Shown here in pieces: positions 1 through 8,122 of a stretch of DNA of 48,388 nt. The DNA comes from an uncultured Candidatus Saccharibacteria bacterium (GTDB lineage: Bacteria; Patescibacteriota; Saccharimonadia; Saccharimonadales; JAGQNJ01), in NCBI GenBank assembly GCA_964577565.1, contig CAZNZL010000004.1, positions 1-48,388 of the forward strand, read 5' to 3'. The notes under the pieces were generated by a model that did no database searches, had not been told where the DNA came from, and saw nothing but the letters and a program-made list of their open reading frames with translations. A program made the translations under genes and the position numbers. Numbering within the stretch: position 1 is the first letter of the stretch; each line of letters opens with the position of its first letter.

Positions 1-6
1 ATATAT

Positions 7-35
7 ATTATACTATTATTTCTAATTTTAAGCAA
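7..35 (-). promoter_or_regulatory. sigma70-type promoter firing out of the left edge
   Basis: Minus strand TTGCTT-17 bp-TATAAT. Confidence 0.5.
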
Positions 36-136
36 GGTGAAGAATGTAAGTTAATACAGTATTTTTAAATGACTATTATTGCTTAAATTAAAAAAGACCT
101 AGGGTGGGGCTCCTTTAATCGAATGACTTCCATTAT

Positions 137-171
137 GGTCGGGTTGGGTCAGGTCAGGTCGGGTCGGGTCG
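137..171. repeat. Pentanucleotide tandem repeat, 7 units GGT(C/T)(G/A)
   Basis: GGTCG GGTTG GGTCA GGTCA GGTCG GGTCG GGTCG read directly. Confidence 0.9.
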
Positions 172-308
172 AACATACGCTACACGAACTGCTTAATCAT
201 CTGTGGAATACTCAGACGAAGCCAAAAGTATCCTAGATGATTTACGAAACGCATGTAAACCAAAGAGCGATAGAATTAAATTAAATCTAAAGGTTGTACT
301 CTAAATAT

Positions 309-935
309 TTATATAGCCACAATACCTGAAGTAACTATCTCGTATTTAACCCCATCATTTGTAATGATAGCTTGTTCGTCGGTGTATTGAACTATGTTAA
401 TTGAGTCTTTGTTTTCGGCGATAAACTTATCAAAAACAGCCTTGTATTTCTCTTTTCCTACATGAGGTAATGGGAAAAACTCCAAGAGCCCAAGTCCTTC
501 AAATGACTCTAATTCAGGTGCATCATCAGGATCATCTATGGTTTTTACTGGCTCAATAGACTTAGCAAGCAAAACAGCACCAGCACTTTCACCAAAGTAG
601 GGCATACCCTCCTTTACCTTTGTTCTTATTAGTCCCATTAATTTGTTTTTATATAGCAAGTGGAGTAGGTAAAAAGTGTTACCGCCAGCAACATATAAAC
701 CGTCAACTTGATCTAACTTACTTAATAATATTTGTCTGTCATCTGATGCTAAATCTATTTCTACAAGTGTAATGCCTAGACCTTTTAATCGTTGTAGTGA
801 TTCTTCAACGAAGTATGGGTTCTCGTAAGTATCTCCTGCGTTTGGTATGAATCCTAATGTCCTGTTTGGCAAAGCCCCGTCTTTGAGGGGAGCTTTAACT
901 GCCTCCAAACCTTTTGAAAGACACATTATGTACAT
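309..935 (-). CDS. Peptidase E (S51) / type 1 glutamine amidotransferase-like protein
   Basis: FIPNA, YVAGGNTFYLL, GESAGA nucleophile elbow, LPH. Confidence 0.85.
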   Translation of the reverse strand: MYIMCLSKGLEAVKAPLKDGALPNRTLGFIPNAGDTYENPYFVEESLQRLKGLGITLVEIDLASDDRQILLSKLDQVDGLYVAGGNTFYLLHLLYKNKLMGLIRTKVKEGMPYFGESAGAVLLAKSIEPVKTIDDPDDAPELESFEGLGLLEFFPLPHVGKEKYKAVFDKFIAENKDSINIVQYTDEQAIITNDGVKYEIVTSGIVAI

Positions 936-1042
936 GTATACATCTTAGCACTCTTTAGTATTGGACAAATGACCCAAATCATGTCGCACAATCAACTGTG
1001 GAAGAAATGAGAACACCTCTGTTAAACAGAGGTGAATTATAC

Positions 1043-1228
1043 TGGTCGGGGTTACAGGACTCAGTCACCTTCGGCGGCCCCGTCGCAACATCCTTCAAAA
1101 CAAGTTTTGAGGAGTTGACTCCCTTGCGAATAGCCACAGGCTATTCTCACCTCTGACCTCTGCGCGGTCACAGTCATAGGCTTGTATCTCACCAATTCAA
1201 AAGCCCGCTTTAATGCGGGCCCTTGAAT
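1043..1228. repeat. tRNA-Pro-linked structured repeat with duplicated tRNA 3' end
   Basis: 1043-1062 identical to 1229-1248; internal hairpins incl. GAATAGCC-ACA-GGCTATTC. Confidence 0.85.
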
Positions 1229-1305
1229 TGGTCGGGGTTACAGGACTCGAACCTGTGACCTCGCGGTCCCAAACCGCGCGCGCTAGCCAACTGCGCCAAA
1301 CCCCG
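1229..1305 (-). tRNA. tRNA-Pro (TGG)
   Basis: Cloverleaf CGGGGTT...CGCGG-TTTGGGA-CCGCG...GGTTCGAGTCC...ACCA with encoded CCA. Confidence 0.97.
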
Positions 1306-1352
1306 AAACAGAGGAAATTATACTGTATTCCTCTGAAAATTTCTAGTACTTG

Positions 1353-2867
1353 CTACTTCGCAAACTCGATGGCGCGAGTTTCTCGAATCACATTTACTTT
1401 GATTGTACCAGGATACTGCATCGTTGACTCAATCTTGGTAGCAATATCACGAGCCAGTTTAATAGCAGTAAGATCATCAACAACTTTAGGCTTTACAAAC
1501 ACACGTACTTCGCGGCCGGCGCTAATGGCGTATGATTTTTCGATACCTTCAAAACTATTGGCTACGTTTTCAAGCTCTTTCATACGCTCAATGAAGTTTT
1601 CGGCACTGATGTTACGAGCTCCTGGGCGCGCGGCACTGATCGCATCTACGACGCGTACGATTAGCGCTTCTGTCGTGGTGGCCTCGACATCATCGTGATG
1701 TGCCTCAGCGGCATGAGCCACCTCTTCTGGTGCACCGTATTTACGCAAAATCTCGCCGCTTATGTGATGATGTTTGCCCTCAACTTTGTGTGTCAGCGCT
1801 TTACCAATATCATGTACTAGCGCAGCATATTTGGCCGTTTTAACGTCTGCACCAAGCTCTTCAGCCAAAATACCGGCAATATGAGCCATTTCAGTACTGT
1901 GTTTAAGCACATTTTGGCCATAAGACGTACGGTATTTTAGTTCACCTAAAATTTGAAGGATCTCTTTTGGCATACCGATGATGCCCACCTCACGGGCAGC
2001 ATCTTCACCGGCACGCATCACATCTTTTTGGACGTTCTTTTGTGCTTTTTCAACCACCTCTTCAATACGACCAGGGTGTACTCGGCCATCCTTCAACAGC
2101 ATTTCCAGCGCTTGGCGAGCAACCTCACGGCGAACGGGATCAAAGCTGGAAAGTACAATGTAACCTGGTGTGTCATCAACCATAATGTCTACACCGGTAG
2201 CTCGCTGTAGGGCCTGTATGTTACGGCCCTCTTTACCAATAATGCGACCCTTCATTTCTTCGTCTTCAAGTTTGACGCTGGTAATGGTGCGCTCAGCCGT
2301 TACTTCACTAGCCATACGTTCCATAGCAGTTACGATAGCAGTGGCTGCTTTTTCTTCAGCAAGGTCCATGGCTTCGTTTTGTAGTTTGGCGACTAACCCC
2401 GTTAAGTCACCCTTAATATCGCGCTCGGTCATTTGCATGAGTTTTTCGGCGGCTTCAGCTTTGGTTAACTTAGCTACTTTCTCGAGCTTTTCTTGTTGCT
2501 TGGTGCGAATCTTGCGTATTTCTTCTTTTAAGGCCTCGACTTCATCCTCGCTTTTACGTAAGGCTTCGGTGCGCTTATCGAGCGAGTCCAATTTTTTGTC
2601 AAGGGCCTCTTCGCGGTCAAGCAATCGTTGCTCAATCTCTTTAAGCTCACGGCGGCGTGATTGTTCTTCTTTTCGTGCATCTTCTGCCAGCTTAGCAGCC
2701 TGATCACGAGCCTCCTGCACAACTTTACGAGCCTCTTTTTTAGCTTTGTCTATTTCTTTTTGGGCTGCTTCTTCAGCTCTGCCGGCTTTGGTGCGTGTGA
2801 TAATCGCGTTGCCGCCAAAACCAATAGCAAGACCCGCCACAGCTAGTACTATGGTAAGTGGATCCAT
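1353..2867 (-). CDS. rny: Ribonuclease Y
   Basis: N-terminal TM, coiled coil, KH (GRIIGKEGRNI), HD (LVHDIGK), C-terminal IRETRA. Confidence 0.97.
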   Translation of the reverse strand: MDPLTIVLAVAGLAIGFGGNAIITRTKAGRAEEAAQKEIDKAKKEARKVVQEARDQAAKLAEDARKEEQSRRRELKEIEQRLLDREEALDKKLDSLDKRTEALRKSEDEVEALKEEIRKIRTKQQEKLEKVAKLTKAEAAEKLMQMTERDIKGDLTGLVAKLQNEAMDLAEEKAATAIVTAMERMASEVTAERTITSVKLEDEEMKGRIIGKEGRNIQALQRATGVDIMVDDTPGYIVLSSFDPVRREVARQALEMLLKDGRVHPGRIEEVVEKAQKNVQKDVMRAGEDAAREVGIIGMPKEILQILGELKYRTSYGQNVLKHSTEMAHIAGILAEELGADVKTAKYAALVHDIGKALTHKVEGKHHHISGEILRKYGAPEEVAHAAEAHHDDVEATTTEALIVRVVDAISAARPGARNISAENFIERMKELENVANSFEGIEKSYAISAGREVRVFVKPKVVDDLTAIKLARDIATKIESTMQYPGTIKVNVIRETRAIEFAK

Positions 2868-3067
2868 TGGTTTTTCCTTTCTGTCCCTTAATGACGCCCG
2901 GCTGGCAACATCACTTTCACTTCATTAGTTACGGCCAAAAGCGTTATAGGGGTGTTCAATCAATAAAATTACAAATGCGGATTGGTTCCCAAAAACACGT
3001 AATCCTAACCAAAGTATACTGCACAAATTACGATTTTGCTACGCACTCTTTAGTATAATTACGCAAA

Positions 3068-3457
3068 TTATTTTTTTGGCTGGGTTATTCGGGCCGGCCG
3101 GCCATATGCGGGCACGGCAATACCATCAGTTTTGCCTTGTTGTAACAATGTAATGCCGGTCTGCTGCCAAGCCTCGTTTGTAGTACTCACAATTGGAATA
3201 CCCAGACTATAGGCAAGAGCGTTGCCAACACTCATACCAATACGCAACCCCGTAAAGCTACCCGGACCCTTATAACAAACCAAACCTGTTATATCACTCC
3301 AGTCTTTGTGCTGCTTGTGCAGTAGCTCTTCGATTTTTTGATGTATCGTCTCTGCCAGCTGACGATGAGCTTGCCATGTATAAGCTGCAACCTGTGTGCC
3401 GCCGCTCCATAACGCCAGTTCAGCCTCGGGCTTGTCAGTTCTTATAGTAAGGATCAT
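3068..3457 (-). CDS. tsaB: t6A biosynthesis protein TsaB (short form)
   Basis: GPGSFTGLRIG motif; adjacent to tsaE. Confidence 0.9.
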   Translation of the reverse strand: MILTIRTDKPEAELALWSGGTQVAAYTWQAHRQLAETIHQKIEELLHKQHKDWSDITGLVCYKGPGSFTGLRIGMSVGNALAYSLGIPIVSTTNEAWQQTGITLLQQGKTDGIAVPAYGRPARITQPKK

Positions 3458-3918
3458 GCAACACCTTTCAGTAAATATGTACGTGATTCAGAGGCAGTTA
3501 TCTCAAGTAACCGTATATCATGGGCCTCAACCTTTATGTGTATTTGCAAGCGCTCGTCGGGCAAGACATGCTTAACAATCTCTGACCATTCAACCACAAT
3601 AACAGAAGAGGAGTTAAAAATTTCTTCTTCTATTTCGTGCTCAATTAAACCGGCTTCTGCTAGACGATAAAAATCAAAGTGCACAATATCAAACGCTGGG
3701 GCTTTATACACTTTGCTAATGGTAAACGTGGGGCTAGAAACATGGCTTGTACTGCCCGCACCTTTTGCCAAACCACGAACAAAGGTGGTTTTGCCGCCAC
3801 CCACGTCGCTTATCAGCTCAATACATTCCCCGCCTGTTAAGTTTTTACCAATGGCTGTACCAAGCGCTATCATCGCCTCGGCAGAATCAATTTGTAACTT
3901 GTTGGTTGATGTTGACAT
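3454..3918 (-). CDS. tsaE: t6A biosynthesis ATPase TsaE
   Basis: GGGKTTF, VSSPTF, HFDFYRL, VVEW. Confidence 0.95.
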   Translation of the reverse strand: MSTSTNKLQIDSAEAMIALGTAIGKNLTGGECIELISDVGGGKTTFVRGLAKGAGSTSHVSSPTFTISKVYKAPAFDIVHFDFYRLAEAGLIEHEIEEEIFNSSSVIVVEWSEIVKHVLPDERLQIHIKVEAHDIRLLEITASESRTYLLKGVA

Positions 3919-3987
3919 TAGTTTTATTCTACGGTGTTAAACAACAGAACTGCAAGCAACTTTTTTATGGTGGTTTATAATGGGGTT

Positions 3988-4503
3988 ATGTTAACGCTCG
4001 GGCAGCAATTATCTGGCAAAAATATCATGAGCCTTCGCATTGGCAAACCAATAGGCGTGACTGACCAGGCAATTATTAACCCCAACAATCTTAAGATCGA
4101 GGGGTGGTATGCCACCGATCTTTCAGATAAAAGCCAGGCTATTTTACTTTCGCTAGATGTGCGCGAGATTCTGCCGCAAGGTTTTGTTGTTAATGATCAC
4201 GAGGCTTTGAGTAACCCGCATGAACTTGTTCGCCTTAAGGAGATTGTCGAGTATAAATTTACTTTGATTGGCAAACCTGTCGTAACTACCAGTAAAAAGC
4301 GTCTCGGCAAAGTTAATGATTATGCGTTTGAAAAAAATGGTTTTTTTATACAAAAGCTGTATGTCAGCCAGTCAATTTTAAAAAGTTTTAGTGGGGGAGG
4401 GCTGGTAATTGACCGGACTCAAATAGTTGAGATTACACAAAAAAGAATAACCGTTAAAGAAGCCACGGTTGAAGAGCCGGCCATAGCGCCCGCAGCTGCT
4501 TAA
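3988..4503 (+). CDS. Tandem PRC-barrel domain protein
   Basis: IG.VTD.IINP.NLKI and LIGKPVVT..KRLGKVNDY PRC-like patterns; ATG 3988 chosen because TATAAT lies 6 nt upstream. Confidence 0.75.
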   Translation: MLTLGQQLSGKNIMSLRIGKPIGVTDQAIINPNNLKIEGWYATDLSDKSQAILLSLDVREILPQGFVVNDHEALSNPHELVRLKEIVEYKFTLIGKPVVTTSKKRLGKVNDYAFEKNGFFIQKLYVSQSILKSFSGGGLVIDRTQIVEITQKRITVKEATVEEPAIAPAAA

Positions 4504-4520
4504 GCGTCCTGCTGTGTGTC

Positions 4521-4745
4521 CTTTCTAAAAGAACCAAAGCTTTCAACACCTTTTGTATGGCCAAAAGGTGTAACTAAAACTTTCAGAACTCTTTCGCTCG
4601 CTTGTTTCACAAGCTATCCAGCGCCCTTCTTTTTGCACTCAACCAAAAAGAAGGTCGCTTAGAGGTAACGAAGTTACCGAAGCGAAACAGCTTGTGAAAC
4701 AAGAGAGTGAAAGAAATAGGAACGAGGTTTGGTTCTTTTTGAAAG
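4521..4745. repeat. Nested palindromic (MITE/REP-like) element between convergent genes
   Basis: Terminal 18-bp inverted repeat (17/18) plus four internal stems. Confidence 0.8.
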
Positions 4746-4747
4746 AA

Positions 4748-5353
4748 CTACTCCTCTAATTGAGCTAATACCTCTTTAACATCACCATAACTAAAACCTT
4801 GTCTTATTAAGTAGGCCATCAGCTTTTCATTATCTTGATACCGTGTTTGTCGGCGTTTGCGCTCAATTAGGTCACGAAGCACGTCCTGTTCACTCGTCTC
4901 GTCTTCTTCTAAAACAAGAGAAATAATATCTTTGGAAATTTTCTTTTGTTGTAATTCTTGCGACAATCGGCGTTTGCTAACTGGCTTTAAAAGGCGCCGG
5001 CTTTCCACCCATGAAGTTGCAAACTTTTTATCATCAAGTAGTCCCCTATTACTTAACATGTTAAGTATATTTTGTATAATGTTGTGTTCATAACCTTTTC
5101 GTTTTAGGTATTGCTCCATCTCCCAGACACTTCTGGGCCGTCGAGCTAACAGATCTAAAGCGCGCATGTACGCCTTATCCTCTGCTGCGGTGTCTTGTAT
5201 CTTTTCAAATTCTTGTTTATCAAACTCTTGGCCAATGCGTAAACCTTGTAGTAATAATTCATGCTCGGATAAGCTAAATGAATATTTGCCATCAATATAA
5301 ATAGAATAGCGACCTTGCCTCTTAACCTGCTGTTTGATATCAGTTATTTTCAT
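4748..5353 (-). CDS. recX: RecX regulatory protein
   Basis: ALDLLARRPRS..E..QYL, LDDKKFA, YLIRQGFSY; downstream of recA. Confidence 0.92.
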   Translation of the reverse strand: MKITDIKQQVKRQGRYSIYIDGKYSFSLSEHELLLQGLRIGQEFDKQEFEKIQDTAAEDKAYMRALDLLARRPRSVWEMEQYLKRKGYEHNIIQNILNMLSNRGLLDDKKFATSWVESRRLLKPVSKRRLSQELQQKKISKDIISLVLEEDETSEQDVLRDLIERKRRQTRYQDNEKLMAYLIRQGFSYGDVKEVLAQLEE

Positions 5354-5862
5354 GAATAGAATTGATTTATTACATCTCTAAGTCCATCTGTTACGCTATC
5401 AGGATCTTTTTCTAGCATATCTTTTATTTCTTTAAGCGAGAACCACCTTAATTCAGATACTTCCAAGGGTTCGGGATGCATTGCGGTATCTCGATCAATT
5501 ACTGCTCGGTATGTTGGATTAAATCTCTTCAGGTGTAAATTCTTATACGTTCGGTCGGTCGAATAGCTACCTAGATACTCTAGCTTCGCTGCCTCAATAC
5601 CGGTCTCTTCAAAGAGCTCTCGTTTTGCAGCTGTCTCATTTGTTTCACCAGAATCTACGTGACCGGCAGCAGAATTATCCCAACAGTCCGGATAAACACG
5701 CATACCTTTTGCGCGCTTTTGCAGTAGAATATTGCCATTATGATCTTCAACCATCACGCGAGCTATGCGATGATATAACCCCTGTTGTTGAGCCTCTAGC
5801 ATTGGTGCTTCACCAATCGGATTATCTTTATCGTCTACAATTTGAATCAACGCCTCAGACAT
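5350..5862 (-). CDS. NUDIX hydrolase (IDI-like subfamily)
   Basis: Nudix box GHVDSGET..AAKRELFEETG; HR..V, LLQKR, WD.S.AGH. Confidence 0.88.
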   Translation of the reverse strand: MSEALIQIVDDKDNPIGEAPMLEAQQQGLYHRIARVMVEDHNGNILLQKRAKGMRVYPDCWDNSAAGHVDSGETNETAAKRELFEETGIEAAKLEYLGSYSTDRTYKNLHLKRFNPTYRAVIDRDTAMHPEPLEVSELRWFSLKEIKDMLEKDPDSVTDGLRDVINQFYS

Positions 5863-5920
5863 ATTTCGCTTCGATCGCTCCTCGTTTTTATATTACACCT
5901 TATTTTTACTGCTTGGCATT

Positions 5921-6424
5921 CTAGAGAATAACATCTCGAGATTCAATCGAGGCCCATCTTTCAGCATCTTCAATTCTTTTTAGGTCAGCCTGAAACTCCT
6001 CTTCCTCTGCTTCTGTAACAGCGGAGTCGGCTGCAACTTCTTCTGGTGTAAGTTCCCTTCCAGGATGTCGCATTAGACGGATAAGGCTACCATCCCCGCC
6101 CTCATCACCCGCTCCAACTTTGAGATGATCACTACTCCCCATTGAAGCTAATCGTTCGGTTTGTGATGATCTACTTGGTCTTTGATCATTAAGATCATCA
6201 ATCAATAAGCCCTCGTTACGCAACTTGACTTCATAGAGAGCAAGTACCGCCATTAATTCAGAAGGGGTAAATTCCCGTGTCTGCTCATCCATTTCTTCAG
6301 TTGCAACCGTTTGGGAATACAAACCTTCTATCAATTCAGTCCTGACAGAGGCTATATCAGGCTCGTGCTCGGTTCGCGATGTTGTTTGCTCGGGACCTCT
6401 ACCTGCGGGATTTTCTTGTGCCAT
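5921..6424 (-). CDS. Hypothetical acidic protein
   Basis: 167-aa ORF co-oriented in recA-recX run, 3 bp after upstream stop. Confidence 0.65.
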   Translation of the reverse strand: MAQENPAGRGPEQTTSRTEHEPDIASVRTELIEGLYSQTVATEEMDEQTREFTPSELMAVLALYEVKLRNEGLLIDDLNDQRPSRSSQTERLASMGSSDHLKVGAGDEGGDGSLIRLMRHPGRELTPEEVAADSAVTEAEEEEFQADLKRIEDAERWASIESRDVIL

Positions 6425-6427
6425 ATG

Positions 6428-6895
6428 CTATTCCCTACTTGTAGCTTCCTTTTCTGGTGGTAGCTCCTCGCCTGACTGCCGTATTGGATGAACTAAACTC
6501 TCGGTTTCTCCATCATCATCTGTGGCTGGAACCCAAATACGACCACCTTCTTCTCCCTCATCTCCAACTTTTACAAACCCACTAACCCCGGGCACTTCTA
6601 GATTGCTGCGCGCAAATCTCACCCCTTCAGGACTTCGTATAACAGAGACAGCACGTCGAATTTCTACAATACCAGATTTTCTGACAACTTTTTCGCCCCT
6701 GTAAGAACCGTGCCTTGTTTGGCTTGTAACCAAGCCTTGGTGTTCTACGACAGGGTCAAGCAGTGAAAATACCCTTGAGGCAACACGCCTAGCTCTACTC
6801 ATATCTTCAGGGTAATGACGTTCCGTACCATATCGAGGCCGTTTAGCGTGAAGCTGTTTTAGATACTTTTCTTTAATGCGCGACTTGGCTTCCAT
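6428..6895 (-). CDS. Hypothetical protein
   Basis: 155-aa ORF starting 3 bp after recA stop. Confidence 0.65.
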   Translation of the reverse strand: MEAKSRIKEKYLKQLHAKRPRYGTERHYPEDMSRARRVASRVFSLLDPVVEHQGLVTSQTRHGSYRGEKVVRKSGIVEIRRAVSVIRSPEGVRFARSNLEVPGVSGFVKVGDEGEEGGRIWVPATDDDGETESLVHPIRQSGEELPPEKEATSRE

Positions 6896-6898
6896 ATG

Positions 6899-7924
6899 CT
6901 ACTCCTTGTTGGCGGCTTCGGTTACTTTTTTGGCAACCTCTTCCATAATTTTTGGATTATCCTCTAGATACTTCTTGGCGGCTTCTCTACCCTGCCCGAT
7001 TTTTTCACCGTTATAGGCAAACCAGGCACCAGATTTTTCAATAATATTGTGATTCACTGCAAGGTCAATCACATCACCCGAGCGAGAAATGCCCTGATTG
7101 TACATGATGTCAAACTCGGCCTCTCTAAACGGCGGCGCAATCTTGTTTTTAACAACTTTGACCCGGCAATGATTACCAATCACTTTATCGCCCTGCTTAA
7201 TTTGAGAGGTTCGGCGAATATCCATACGAACAGAAGCATAAAACTTGAGTGCATTACCACCGGTCGTAGTCTCTGGATTACCAAACATAATACCAATCTT
7301 CATTCTGATCTGGTTGATGAAGATTACCGTAGCTTTAGACTTGTTAATAACACCCGTTAGCTTACGTAGTGCCTGGCTCATGAGTCGTGCCTGCAAGCCC
7401 ATATGAGCATCGCCCATATCGCCTTCGATTTCTGCTCGTGGCACCAAGGCCGCAACCGAGTCAACTACTATGAGGTCAACTGCGTTCGACCGAACCAGCG
7501 TTTCAGTAATCTCAAGCGCTTGCTCGCCGTTATCGGGTTGTGAAATCAGCAGATTATCAACCTTAACACCAAGGCGTTTGGCGTAGGCAGGGTCAAGGGC
7601 ATGTTCGGCATCAACAAAGGCTGCGGTGCCGCCCTGCTTTTGAATCTCGGCAATGGCATGGAGTGCCAAGGTTGTTTTACCCGAGCTTTCAGGACCATAA
7701 ATTTCTATAATCCTCCCCTTTGGCAAACCACCTCCAAGCGCAAGATCAAGCGCTAGGCTACCGGTAGGAATGGTTTCTACCACGGTTTTATGGGCTTCAC
7801 CCAAACGCATGATTGATCCTTTACCGAATTGCTTTTCTATAGTGTCTAGCGCCAGATTAAGGGCCTGGCTTTTGCCACTTGTTTCTTCGGTTGAAGTTTT
7901 AGCTGCAGCTTTTTTATCTGCCAT
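6899..7924 (-). CDS. recA: Recombinase A
   Basis: [25 protein letters not shown]; start MADKK at 7924 preceded by purine-rich RBS. Confidence 0.99.
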   Translation of the reverse strand: MADKKAAAKTSTEETSGKSQALNLALDTIEKQFGKGSIMRLGEAHKTVVETIPTGSLALDLALGGGLPKGRIIEIYGPESSGKTTLALHAIAEIQKQGGTAAFVDAEHALDPAYAKRLGVKVDNLLISQPDNGEQALEITETLVRSNAVDLIVVDSVAALVPRAEIEGDMGDAHMGLQARLMSQALRKLTGVINKSKATVIFINQIRMKIGIMFGNPETTTGGNALKFYASVRMDIRRTSQIKQGDKVIGNHCRVKVVKNKIAPPFREAEFDIMYNQGISRSGDVIDLAVNHNIIEKSGAWFAYNGEKIGQGREAAKKYLEDNPKIMEEVAKKVTEAANKE

Positions 7925-8122
7925 TACATTATCCCCTTCTCCACCTCTTTTGGTGTCCTTATAATAATACCTTTTACTAGCCACGTACAGTAAGAAATTT
8001 AATCTGGTTATGGCTATCGAACTTCTATATAATGGTAGTAATTATGGGCCCCGTTAAAACCAAGACAAACAAAGCCATTACGAGCAATGTGTCACAACCC
8101 TTAATTAAGGAGCTGTAACGGT

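Noticed and set aside
945..971. TTAGCACTC upstream of the peptidase E gene as CIRCE
   Set aside because: Half site only; the right arm (GGACAAATG) does not match, and it coincides with the gene's -10 box
1213..1698. 161-aa plus-strand ORF
   Set aside because: Antisense shadow of tRNA-Pro and rny
2868..2890. rny RBS (GACAGAAAGGAAAAA) as target of IS RNA B
   Set aside because: Only about 9 contiguous low-complexity purine matches; expected by chance
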